From the NCBI GenBank assembly GCA_016432345.1, contig CP066685.1, forward strand, positions 240,236 through 304,235: 64,000 nucleotides of DNA, given 5' to 3'. The notes under the pieces were generated by a model that did no database searches, had not been told where the DNA came from, and worked only from the letters and a program-made list of their open reading frames with translations. Positions 38,165 through 47,276 of the stretch are shown piece after piece (positions within the stretch are counted from its first letter, which is position 1; every line of letters begins with the position of its first letter). The position numbers and the translations under genes are program-made. The DNA is from Candidatus Levyibacteriota bacterium (GTDB lineage Bacteria; Patescibacteriota; Microgenomatia; Levybacterales; UBA12049).

Positions 38165-40675
38165 ATGCAAAAAGAAGCTAAGGCAAGGATTAAAATTAAT
38201 GAACTTCTCAAAAGTTCAGGCTGGCGTTTTTTTGATGATGAAAAAGGTAAAGCAAACATAGTTTTGGAAAACAATGCAAAAGTCACCAAACAGGCTATAG
38301 ACGAATTCGGCAATGATTTTGAGAAAACACAAAAAGGGTTCATTGACTTTTTATTACTTGATGAAAAGGGTTTTCCGTTTGTAGTTTTGGAGGCAAAATC
38401 CGAGGATAAAGACCCACTTGACGGTAAAGAGCAGGCTCGTCGTTATGCCCAATCGCAAAATGTTCGTTTTATTATTCTCTCCAATGGCAACCTGCATTAT
38501 TTTTGGGATTTAGAACGGGGTAATCCGTCCGTTATTATTACGTTTCCATCTTATCAATCACTTAAGCACTCCGAATCGTTCAATCCGAGTTTTTTGACAC
38601 TTGCCGAAGAAAAGGTTGAAAACGACTACATACTTCTCACTCAAAACCCAAATTATCAAAAAGACCCGCGCTGGATAGATAAAACCCAAAAAGAAGCTTT
38701 AATAAAAGAGCAAGATTTGAAGTTATTACGACCATATCAATTAGCAGCAATTCACACTTTACAAAACGAAGCCAAGAAAGGCAATGATAGATATCTTTTT
38801 GAAATGGCTACCGGTACAGGCAAAACTCTTATTTCCGCAGCAGTTATCAAATTATTTCTCAAGTCCGGCAACGCAAAGCGAATTTTATTTTTAGTTGATC
38901 GTTTGGAATTGGAAGATCAGGCGTGGAAAAACTTCGCTAAGATTTTAAAAAACGACTACACATGTGTTATCTATAAAGGAAATCGTGATGATTGGCGTAA
39001 GGCAGAAGTTGTTGTTTCCACAGTACAAAGTTTGTCATTCAACAGCAAATATAAAAAACTCTTTAGTCCGACAGATTTTGATCTGATTATTTCTGATGAA
39101 GCGCATCGTTCTATTGGTGGCAACAGCCGTGCCGTATTTGAGTATTTTGTCGGTTATAAATTAGGACTTACTGCCACCCCAAAGGATTACCTTAAAAACA
39201 TTGACCCCCAAAAATTAAGCGAGAAAGATCCCCGATCATGGGAACGTCGTCAGCTGTTGGATACTTATCAAACATTTGGTTGTGAATCGGGCGAGCCAAC
39301 ATTCAAGTATAGTTTGCTTGATGGTGTTAAAGATGGATATCTGGTAAATCCTATTGTTGCGGATGCAAGGACAGAAATAACAACAGAACTTTTATCCGAA
39401 AAGGGCTATTCTTTAATCGTTGAGAACGATGAGGGTATTGAAGAGGAGCAAGTTTTTTTTCAAAAAGATTTCGAGCGTAAATTCTTTTCAGACAAAACAA
39501 ATAAAATCTTTTGCAAAACATTTTTGGAAAATGCACTTAAAGACCCAGTAAGTGGAGAGATTGGAAAATCAATCATTTTCTGTGTTAGTCAAGCACACGC
39601 ATCAAAAATTACTCAAATTCTTAACGAGTTTGCAGATTCACTTTGGTCTGACAAATATAACTCTGATTTTGCTCTACAAATTACTTCAAATATCGGTGAT
39701 GCACAACAATTCGTAATTAACTTTTCAGATAAAAGCAATAACCTCAATGGTCATACAAAATGGCTTGAAAATTACAAATCAAGCAAAACCAGAGTATGCG
39801 TAACTGTTGGTATGATGACGACTGGTTATGATTGTCAAGATATATTAAACATTTGCATGATGCGTCCCATTTTTTCTCCTACCGATTTTATTCAAATCAA
39901 AGGACGAGGGACACGTAAATATACTTTTAAATACAAAGACAGCGAAAATGAAATAATTTCTACCGAAAAAGCTACTTTCAAACTTTTTGACTTTTTCGCC
40001 AATTGCGAATACTTCGAGAAAAAATTTAACTACGACCAAGAATTAAAACTACCTATCGGTAAAGGAACTGGTGGTAGCGGTGGTGGAGGGATTGATATAG
40101 ATGAGGTAACAGTTGCCACACCAGACCCGCTTAAAACACTTACCCAAACCCCCATAGGATTAGCCGGTATGAAAGTGGATTGGAAGTTCTTTGAAAAGTT
40201 TGAATCTGTGGTCAAAAACAATTCTGTTGTCAAACAAAAATATGAACAAGGAGATATTTCCGGTATTGAGGAATATGTAAAAAACGAGATCTTTGAAAAG
40301 CCAGAGGACTATTTCAACTTGGAGAAACTTCGTAAATCAGTAAAGGCAGACCGCCGCATTAGCTTAAAAGAGATACTGGAGAAAATCTTCGGCGGAATAA
40401 ATAAATTTAAATCTAAAGATGAATTACTGGAAGAGGAATTTGAAAAGTTTGTTACAATTTACAAACCGGAAAGTAAATATGTTCTCCCAATTAAAAATTA
40501 TCTTAAAGCGTATATAACCGACTCCGAAATTCGGGACATTGTTGAGAGAAAAGAATACAGCCGTTTTGCCACTAATCCCAAAGTTACAATGAGAGACTTT
40601 AAAGAATTAAATGGCTATCGCGAAATTGTGCCGGAATATGTCAAAGATTATGTTTCTATTAACACTTATTTGTAA
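38165..40675 (+). CDS. hsdR: Type I restriction endonuclease R subunit (EcoAI/EcoEI-like)
   Basis: D..L....P.VVLEAK nuclease, EMATGTGKT, DEAH, GLTATP, M.TGYD, Q.KGRGTR. Confidence 0.92.
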   Translation: MQKEAKARIKINELLKSSGWRFFDDEKGKANIVLENNAKVTKQAIDEFGNDFEKTQKGFIDFLLLDEKGFPFVVLEAKSEDKDPLDGKEQARRYAQSQNVRFIILSNGNLHYFWDLERGNPSVIITFPSYQSLKHSESFNPSFLTLAEEKVENDYILLTQNPNYQKDPRWIDKTQKEALIKEQDLKLLRPYQLAAIHTLQNEAKKGNDRYLFEMATGTGKTLISAAVIKLFLKSGNAKRILFLVDRLELEDQAWKNFAKILKNDYTCVIYKGNRDDWRKAEVVVSTVQSLSFNSKYKKLFSPTDFDLIISDEAHRSIGGNSRAVFEYFVGYKLGLTATPKDYLKNIDPQKLSEKDPRSWERRQLLDTYQTFGCESGEPTFKYSLLDGVKDGYLVNPIVADARTEITTELLSEKGYSLIVENDEGIEEEQVFFQKDFERKFFSDKTNKIFCKTFLENALKDPVSGEIGKSIIFCVSQAHASKITQILNEFADSLWSDKYNSDFALQITSNIGDAQQFVINFSDKSNNLNGHTKWLENYKSSKTRVCVTVGMMTTGYDCQDILNICMMRPIFSPTDFIQIKGRGTRKYTFKYKDSENEIISTEKATFKLFDFFANCEYFEKKFNYDQELKLPIGKGTGGSGGGGIDIDEVTVATPDPLKTLTQTPIGLAGMKVDWKFFEKFESVVKNNSVVKQKYEQGDISGIEEYVKNEIFEKPEDYFNLEKLRKSVKADRRISLKEILEKIFGGINKFKSKDELLEEEFEKFVTIYKPESKYVLPIKNYLKAYITDSEIRDIVERKEYSRFATNPKVTMRDFKELNGYREIVPEYVKDYVSINTYL

Positions 40676-40677
40676 AT

Positions 40678-40869
40678 ATGAAAAAACAAAAAACAGGTTG
40701 CAGACATGATTATAAAAACGCCATTCAAGTTGGAAATGTTGATTATCAATGCCGTCTTTGTGGTGGACTTCTTGATCCAGGCGAGTGGTTTCTGATGAAT
40801 AGTTTTGAATTTATAGATGTGGATGTAAAAAGAGAAACAAAAATAAAAAAAGATAATAAAAAAAGATAA
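40678..40869 (+). CDS. Small hypothetical Cys/His protein (possible Zn ribbon)
   Basis: 63 aa with C.H...C..C; fills the hsdR-hsdM gap closely. Confidence 0.55.
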   Translation: MKKQKTGCRHDYKNAIQVGNVDYQCRLCGGLLDPGEWFLMNSFEFIDVDVKRETKIKKDNKKR

Positions 40870-40873
40870 TATT

Positions 40874-43351
40874 ATGCTTAATCAAGAAACCAAACGAAAA
40901 ATTGATTCTGCCCGCGACATTTTAGTTGGCAAAGTCCCGGATCCAAAGGCCCAAGTTGAACAAATCACCACAGCTTTAATCTATAAGTTTATGGATGACA
41001 TGGACAAGACATCGCAAGAACTAGGTGGTAAGGCTAGATTTTTCACTAATGGTTACGAAAAATACGCGTGGACAAAATTGATGGATGCCAAACTGGGTGG
41101 ACACGAGAAACTCGATCTGTATATGGAAGCACTTGCTAAACTTTCTTTAAATCCCCATATTCCCCAATTATTCCGTGATATTTTCAAAGATGCATTTCTA
41201 CCCTATCGTAATCCTGAAACTCTAAGTTTATTTTTGAAAGAAATAAACGGTTTTACTTACGAACATAGCGAGGATCTAGGGGATTCATTTGAATACTTAC
41301 TTTCGGTTTTGGGAAGCCAGGGAGATGCAGGACAATTCCGAACTCCTCGGCACATTATTGATTTTATAGTAGATGTCGTTAACCCCAAAAAAGATGATAC
41401 CATCTGCGATCCTGCTTGTGGCACTGCTGGTTTTTTAATTTCTGCCTACAAACATATACTCAAACAGCATGATGGAAAAAATGACCCTGAAAACAAAGAA
41501 AAACCACTTACCCCAGATGAACGAAAAAAACTCATGGATCATTTTACAGGTTATGACATTAGCCCAGATATGGTTCGACTCTCGAGAGTTAATTTATATC
41601 TGCATGGGTTTCCCAATCCGACGATTTACGAATACGACACGCTTTCAAGTGAGGAAAAATGGGATGAAAGTTTTGATGTAATGCTTGCTAACCCTCCGTT
41701 TATGACTCCCAAAGGGGGTATCAAACCGCATAAGCGTTTTAGTGTTCAAGCCAATCGTTCCGAAGTTTTATTTGTGGATTACATTTTAGAACACCTACGT
41801 CCAAATGGCCGTGCGGGTATTATTGTGCCGGAAGGAATTATTTTTCAATCAGGCAATGCTTATAAACAACTCCGTAAGTTATTAGTCGAAGAAAATTATC
41901 TGTGGGCTGTAGTGTCACTTCCCGCTGGAGTATTCCAGCCTTATTCGGGGGTTAAAACTTCAATTTTGTTTTTAGACCGTGAACTTGCAAAAAAATCAGA
42001 TTCAGTCGTATTTATGAAAGTCAACAATGATGGGCTTGACTTGGGAGCCCAAAGAAGGGAAATAAAAGAAAATGATTTACCAACAGCTTTAATGCTATTG
42101 AATAGTTATAAGAAAAATATTACTTCAAATAATTTACCACAAACCAATGATCTGGAAACATTAACAAAGAATACAATTTCAATTTTTGTACCCAAATCTA
42201 AGATTCGAGAACTCGGTGATTATTACCTGACTGGAGAACGATATAAAGAAATTAACGAGCTAAAAAATCAAAAATGGCCTATGGTGGAGTTGGGTGATAT
42301 TTGTATAGTTTTAGATAGTAAACGAAGACCAGTAACAAAAGCAGACAGAAAATCTGGAAAATATCCTTATTATGGTGCAACAGGCATATTGGATTATGTT
42401 GATGGGTTTTTGTTTGACGAAAAACTTGTATTAGTTGGAGAAGATGGAGCTAAATGGGGTAAAGGTGAGAAAACTGCTTTTATTGCTGAAGGTAAATATT
42501 GGGTGAATAATCATGCACATGTTATGCGACCCATAAGAGACAGACTTATTGATGAATACCTTGTGCCAGTTCTTAATTCAATGGACTTAACACCATATAT
42601 TACAGGAGTGACAGTCCCAAAGTTGAATCAGGAAAGGTTGAGGTCAATAAAAATCCCTTTACCACCGATTGAGGTACAAAAAAAAATAGTTGAGGAAGTA
42701 GAAAGTTACCAGAAAATTATTGACGCTGCTAAACAGATAGTAAACAGTTGGAAACCTGAAATTGAGATAAATACTGCTTGGGAGCTAAAAAAAATCAGTG
42801 AGGTGGCTGAAATTAATCCTTCAAAACCTAAATTTAAAGAATGGGATTTAGATAAAGACGTCTTTTTCTTACCAATGTCAGTACTCGATACGAATTCTCC
42901 TAACCCGAAAAAAATGGAAAAAAGAAAACTGAAAGAAGTTATAAATGGTTACACCTGTTTTAAAAATGATGATGTGTTGTTGGCGAAAATTACCCCATGC
43001 TTCGAAAATGGAAAATCCGGAATTGTAAAGCTAGACGGTGTTGGGTTTGGATCAACAGAGTTTATTGTGATTAGAGCAGATAGATCAAAAGTTGAACCGC
43101 TTTGGTTATGGTATTTTATTTTTTCAGATAGTTTTAAAATAAACGGTATTCCAAAAATGTCTGGTTCAGCAGGGCAAAAAAGATTACCTGTAACTTACGT
43201 TGAAAATTATGAAATTCCGGTGCCGAACCTTGAAACACAAAAAGCAATAATAGCTACACTTAAACTCAATTATGATTATATAAAAAATACTAAAGAAAAT
43301 ATAATTCCCCAATTAGAGCAAAAGATTCAGGCTGTGCTGGAAGAAATATGA
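40874..43351 (+). CDS. Fused type I N6-adenine methyltransferase-specificity subunit (HsdM-HsdS)
   Basis: GQFRTP, DPACGTAGFL, ANPPF; then two TRD units ending in IPLPPIEVQKKIV and IPVPNLETQKAII. Confidence 0.92.
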   Translation: MLNQETKRKIDSARDILVGKVPDPKAQVEQITTALIYKFMDDMDKTSQELGGKARFFTNGYEKYAWTKLMDAKLGGHEKLDLYMEALAKLSLNPHIPQLFRDIFKDAFLPYRNPETLSLFLKEINGFTYEHSEDLGDSFEYLLSVLGSQGDAGQFRTPRHIIDFIVDVVNPKKDDTICDPACGTAGFLISAYKHILKQHDGKNDPENKEKPLTPDERKKLMDHFTGYDISPDMVRLSRVNLYLHGFPNPTIYEYDTLSSEEKWDESFDVMLANPPFMTPKGGIKPHKRFSVQANRSEVLFVDYILEHLRPNGRAGIIVPEGIIFQSGNAYKQLRKLLVEENYLWAVVSLPAGVFQPYSGVKTSILFLDRELAKKSDSVVFMKVNNDGLDLGAQRREIKENDLPTALMLLNSYKKNITSNNLPQTNDLETLTKNTISIFVPKSKIRELGDYYLTGERYKEINELKNQKWPMVELGDICIVLDSKRRPVTKADRKSGKYPYYGATGILDYVDGFLFDEKLVLVGEDGAKWGKGEKTAFIAEGKYWVNNHAHVMRPIRDRLIDEYLVPVLNSMDLTPYITGVTVPKLNQERLRSIKIPLPPIEVQKKIVEEVESYQKIIDAAKQIVNSWKPEIEINTAWELKKISEVAEINPSKPKFKEWDLDKDVFFLPMSVLDTNSPNPKKMEKRKLKEVINGYTCFKNDDVLLAKITPCFENGKSGIVKLDGVGFGSTEFIVIRADRSKVEPLWLWYFIFSDSFKINGIPKMSGSAGQKRLPVTYVENYEIPVPNLETQKAIIATLKLNYDYIKNTKENIIPQLEQKIQAVLEEI

Positions 43352-43767
43352 ATGTAGAAAAATACAAGGAAGATTTGAAAAGAGAGGTATCCAAAAAAAA
43401 GAGTGAGGGTTATCAATTTATTCCTATCATTTCGGGAGCAACATCTTTATATTTTCTACAAAGAATTATTTTTTCGAATTTACCGTACGATAAATTTATA
43501 CTTGCAATTGGTGCCGTTTTGATAGTTTTTGGAATTTCTGCTTTTCTTTTTTGGTCACTAAAAAGAGCCGAACAAGACAAAGATAAGTATTTATTAAGTA
43601 CGGTTGGCAAAATTGTAGAGGATGTGTTTAAGCATTACGGAGTATCTATGGCGAGTAACGCAGCTGGTCCAACAACAGCTAATCAAATGAATCCAATTAT
43701 GCTAACTATTGTAGACTTAGTAAGCGGTCTAAAAGAGCTAATGCAGAAAAGCTATACAAAAAACTAA
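43348..43767 (+). CDS. Hypothetical two-TM membrane protein
   Basis: Two hydrophobic segments; start overlaps the hsdMS stop (ATGA). Confidence 0.65.
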   Translation: MNVEKYKEDLKREVSKKKSEGYQFIPIISGATSLYFLQRIIFSNLPYDKFILAIGAVLIVFGISAFLFWSLKRAEQDKDKYLLSTVGKIVEDVFKHYGVSMASNAAGPTTANQMNPIMLTIVDLVSGLKELMQKSYTKN

Positions 43768-43807
43768 ATACATAATTTTAGAAGTTCAGGTATAATAAAT
43801 TAACAAT

Positions 43808-44173
43808 ATGCCAAGTCTACAAGTTAATTGGGTTAAAAATTCAAATAATAATCAGTGGTTTGATCTTTTGAGGCTTGATCTCAATGCGCCTTATTTTCTG
43901 AATAAGGAAGGGGTTTATATTTTATGGTACTCTAGTCCGTCAGGAGCGAAAGTAATACGAGTTGGTCAAGGAGATATTGGGAGCAGATTAAGGGAACACA
44001 GGAGTAATCCAGAAATTTTAAGATACTCTAGCTATGGACAATTAAAAGTTACCTGGGCATTAGTAGATTCGCAGTACAAAGATGGGGTAGAAGCATTTTT
44101 ATATGATTCTTATAGTCCTTTAATTGGTGAAAGGTCACCTGCTGCCCAACCTATTTCGGTAAATCTAATATGA
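43808..44173 (+). CDS. Small GIY-YIG-like protein
   Basis: GVYIL...VIRVGQG....RL.EH...E resembles the GIY-YIG nuclease pattern; upstream GGTATAAT. Confidence 0.55.
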   Translation: MPSLQVNWVKNSNNNQWFDLLRLDLNAPYFLNKEGVYILWYSSPSGAKVIRVGQGDIGSRLREHRSNPEILRYSSYGQLKVTWALVDSQYKDGVEAFLYDSYSPLIGERSPAAQPISVNLI

Positions 44174-44649
44174 TAAATTGGGTTGATGTAGCAAAAACCT
44201 TTCTTGAAAGTCTATTAGGACCTTTAGTTGTTGGTTTAGTTATTTGGCGAGTTGGGAAAAATGAAGTTGATAAGAGAATTAAAAATGAGGCAATAAGAGA
44301 TTTAATGACTTTTAGAGGTGATTATTCTTCTCCAGAATTTCGTCGATCGCTTAACAAAGTTTCGATTACATTCCATGGAGATGAAGCGATCAGGCAGCAA
44401 ATTCGTGATTTATACGAGGATATCAATAATCCGGGTAACTCGGAAACAAATATAAATAGAAAAATAGTTGGGTTAATATACAATTTATGCAGAAAGAATG
44501 GTTTTGGTGGTATTACTGAATATGATATTGACCAATCATTCCCAGAACAAAAACAAACACCTACTTCAACTTTAACTCCTACTTCACACCAAGTTTTACA
44601 GGATAAACCTAAAATTCCAAAAAATGGAAAGAATAAGAAAACAAAATAG
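44170..44649 (+). CDS. Hypothetical protein with N-terminal TM (DUF6680-like)
   Basis: TM helix followed by R.LMT.R....EF..SLN.....F motif. Confidence 0.5.
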   Translation: MINWVDVAKTFLESLLGPLVVGLVIWRVGKNEVDKRIKNEAIRDLMTFRGDYSSPEFRRSLNKVSITFHGDEAIRQQIRDLYEDINNPGNSETNINRKIVGLIYNLCRKNGFGGITEYDIDQSFPEQKQTPTSTLTPTSHQVLQDKPKIPKNGKNKKTK

Positions 44650-44705
44650 TTTAAGTGACTAATTATTATAATTTAAGCAGAAAATAAATGTGTATGAAAG
44701 ATGAA

Positions 44706-44741
44706 CTCAAATACCAATAGCACATTTCTACTTTTGTAGAT
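44706..44741 (+). CRISPR. Solitary type V-A (Cas12a) CRISPR repeat; no array
   Basis: CTCAAATACCAATAGCACATTTCTACTTTTGTAGAT; the 3' 19 nt match the Cas12a handle AATTTCTACTNNNGTAGAT with one mismatch; TCTAC/GTAGA stem intact. The 5' boundary is assumed from the typical 36-nt length. Confidence 0.78.
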
Positions 44742-44764
44742 CTAGTGGTATACTAGAGCAGATA

Positions 44765-45373
44765 ATGAAAAATCCAAATGTTGTGCGGTTTGTTGGTCTT
44801 GGGGTAGTAATAATAATGCTTGTTGCTTTTGGCATTTTCTTTTTTTCCTCTTCAAAAAAATCTGATCCTGTTCCTTTGCAGCAAAATGTACCGGTGGAAA
44901 CAAAAAAATCTCCATCTCTTACAACAAAAACTTATGTTGACGATGCAGGATTTCAATTTGATTACCCAGATGATTTGACTGTTGCTAAAAAAGACAACAC
45001 AAGTTCTGTTACATATTCATCTTTAGAAATTGTATCAAAAGAGGTATCTGGATCTATGTTTTTTCTGGTTGAGGACACCAAAGCTAAATCTGTTGACGAA
45101 TTGGTAGAGAAAAATACGACAACAAAAGAAGCAGCACTTGGAAGTTTGGAGGCTATAGAAGTAACAGGTGGCGATAAAACGACACTTTTTGCCATTGATC
45201 AAGGGATACTTTTTCAAGTAACTCTTTATAGAGCAACAGACAAGTCGTATTGGGATGGTGTATACCAAACAATTATTTCGAGTTTTTCCTTTGTTGCTCC
45301 TGCCGCAAGTTCTCAAAGTTCTTCGGATAGCGACAATAATGATGTAGTTCAAGAAGAGGATATTATTGAATAA
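44765..45373 (+). CDS. Membrane-anchored hypothetical protein (PsbP-like fold possible)
   Basis: TM anchor, Y.D..GF.F.YP motif, C-terminal IISSFSF. Confidence 0.6.
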   Translation: MKNPNVVRFVGLGVVIIMLVAFGIFFFSSSKKSDPVPLQQNVPVETKKSPSLTTKTYVDDAGFQFDYPDDLTVAKKDNTSSVTYSSLEIVSKEVSGSMFFLVEDTKAKSVDELVEKNTTTKEAALGSLEAIEVTGGDKTTLFAIDQGILFQVTLYRATDKSYWDGVYQTIISSFSFVAPAASSQSSSDSDNNDVVQEEDIIE

Positions 45374-45374
45374 T

Positions 45375-47237
45375 ATGAACCAAAATAATAGCTGGAAAGC
45401 TAAGGCAACCTTAATTCGTAAATGGTCTCTTGTTTCAACATCTGCAGCAGGTTCTGGACACCCCACCTCTTGTATGTCGGCAGCAGATTTAGGAACAGTT
45501 TTATTTGATAAATATTTTTGTTTTGATATTAAAAATCCCAAGAATCCAAATAACGATCGGTTTGTTTTATCCAAAGGCCACGCATCACCACTTTTATACG
45601 CGCTTTTTGCCATGAGCGGAGGACTCAAAATTGAAGAACTAAAAACCTTGAGAAAATTTGGCAGTCGTTTGGAAGGACATCCAACACCACGATTTCCATA
45701 TGCCGATGTTACTACGGGTTCGCTTGGTCAAGGTTTATCTGTAGGCGCAGGAATGGCATTTTCAATTCATAATTCAGAATTCAGAATTCAGAATTTGCCT
45801 AAGGTGTATGTACTTTTGGGGGATGGCGAGTTGGCAGAAGGCAGTGTGTGGGAAGCGGCAAATTTTGCTTCTTATTATAAATTGAATAATCTTATTGCCA
45901 TTGCCGATATCAATGGTTTGGGGCAGAGTCAGGAAACAATGTTTAATCATCATATCAATGAATATACCGATCGTTTTTCGGCATTTGGCTGGGAAGTAAT
46001 TGCTATTGATGGTCATGATTTTTTGGAAATTGATAAAGCATTATCACTGGCTGTTAATAATAAATCGGATAAGCCGTTTGTGATTATTGCCAAAACAGAA
46101 AAAGGCAAAGGCGTTTCTTTTTTGGAGGGAAAAAATGGATGGCATGGGAAGCCGCTTAAAAAGGATGAATTAGAAAAAGCGTTGTTGGAGTTGGGAGAGG
46201 TTTCGGATGATTTAAGATTTACGTTGAAGTTGCCTAGAGAATCGCAGACTGATACAAGGTCACACCTTGTACAAGGTGCGACCTTAACAAATCCCCCTTA
46301 TAAAAAGGGTGAGGAAGTTGCAACACGGGAAGTGTATGGACAAGTTTTGGCAAAGCTTGGAGATAGCAATACTTTAATATATGCTTTAGATGGCGATACG
46401 AAAAATTCTACATATTCTCAGGATTTCTTAAAAGCTCATCCGGATAGGTTTATTGAATGTTTTATTGCCGAGCAAAATATGGTGGGTGTGGCAACAGGAC
46501 TTTCTACACAAGGAAAAATTCCATTTGTATCAACGTTCGCCGCGTTTTTAACAAGAGCGTTTGACCAAATAAGAATGGCTGCGGTTTCAAAAGCCAATGT
46601 AAAGTTTGTTGGTTCGCATGTTGGTGTTTCGATTGGAGAAGATGGGCCATCGCAAATGGGACTTGAAGATATGGCTATGTTTGGCGCTCTTCCTGATTCT
46701 ATTATTTTACACCCATCAGAAAGTGTATCAACAGCCAAACTTTTGCCGCAGATGGTATCCCATGTTGGTATTTCGTATCTTCGAACCTTGCGAGCAAAAA
46801 CAGCGGTTTTGTATGATAATAATGAAGAATTTGTTGTCGGTGGTTCAAAAATTCTCAAAAGATCAAAAACAGATATACTAACTGTTGTGGCTGCGGGTAT
46901 CACTGTTTTTGAGGCGCTTAAAGCATACGATATACTAAGAAGTGAGGGTATAATAATACGTGTTGTTGATTGTTATTCGGTAAAGCCAATCGATGACAAA
47001 ACGTTAATTAAGAGTTTAAAAGAGACAAAGAAAAAAATTATTATTACTGTTGAAGATCATTTTGAGCATGGCGGTTTGGGGGATTTTGTTTTGGATGCTG
47101 TTTCTGAAACAGGAGTACATGTTATAAAAATGGCAGTTAATCATATTTCTCGTTCTGGGACAAAAGATGAGGTTATGGAAGATGCCGGCATTACAGCGAA
47201 ACATATTGTTGAAAAAGTAAAAAAACTAATTGATTAG
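45375..47237 (+). CDS. tkt: Transketolase
   Basis: GSGHP, LSKGHA, LEGHP, GSLGQG, GDGE..EG..WEA...N, GEDGPSQ. Confidence 0.95.
   Translation: MNQNNSWKAKATLIRKWSLVSTSAAGSGHPTSCMSAADLGTVLFDKYFCFDIKNPKNPNNDRFVLSKGHASPLLYALFAMSGGLKIEELKTLRKFGSRLEGHPTPRFPYADVTTGSLGQGLSVGAGMAFSIHNSEFRIQNLPKVYVLLGDGELAEGSVWEAANFASYYKLNNLIAIADINGLGQSQETMFNHHINEYTDRFSAFGWEVIAIDGHDFLEIDKALSLAVNNKSDKPFVIIAKTEKGKGVSFLEGKNGWHGKPLKKDELEKALLELGEVSDDLRFTLKLPRESQTDTRSHLVQGATLTNPPYKKGEEVATREVYGQVLAKLGDSNTLIYALDGDTKNSTYSQDFLKAHPDRFIECFIAEQNMVGVATGLSTQGKIPFVSTFAAFLTRAFDQIRMAAVSKANVKFVGSHVGVSIGEDGPSQMGLEDMAMFGALPDSIILHPSESVSTAKLLPQMVSHVGISYLRTLRAKTAVLYDNNEEFVVGGSKILKRSKTDILTVVAAGITVFEALKAYDILRSEGIIIRVVDCYSVKPIDDKTLIKSLKETKKKIIITVEDHFEHGGLGDFVLDAVSETGVHVIKMAVNHISRSGTKDEVMEDAGITAKHIVEKVKKLID
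45764..45795 (+). repeat. Heptamer tandem repeat (AATTCAK)x4 inside tkt
   Basis: aattcat aattcag aattcag aattcag aatt; encodes IHNSEFRIQN. Confidence 0.85.
46256..46289. repeat. 30-bp palindromic element, copy 1 (in-frame in tkt)
   Basis: AAGGTCACACCTTGTACAAGGTGCGACCTT+AACA. Confidence 0.9.
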
Positions 47238-47270
47238 AAGGTCGCACCTTGTTAAGGTGCGACCTTAACA
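47238..47270. repeat. Palindromic element, copy 2 (intergenic, directly after the tkt stop)
   Basis: AAGGTCGCACCTT-GTT-AAGGTGCGACCTT+AACA; perfect 13-bp stem. Confidence 0.92.
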
Positions 47271-47276
47271 CAGATT

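Noticed and set aside
38113..44705. Remaining cas12a, cas4, cas1 or cas2 fragments
   Set aside because: The interval is filled by R-M and small ORFs, and I recognised no Cas motifs; a translated HMM search would be needed to exclude short remnants.
36931..44764. Prophage or integrative element explaining the island
   Set aside because: No integrase, transposase, tRNA target or flanking direct repeats were seen.
44600..44800. Full CRISPR array around the Cas12a-type repeat
   Set aside because: Only one repeat is visible; no second copy at the expected 60-70 nt period on either side.
45035..45628. 197-aa minus-strand ORF and the many other short antisense or alternate-frame ORFs in the track
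   Set aside because: They are shadows of well-supported genes on the other strand or frame and show no family motifs.
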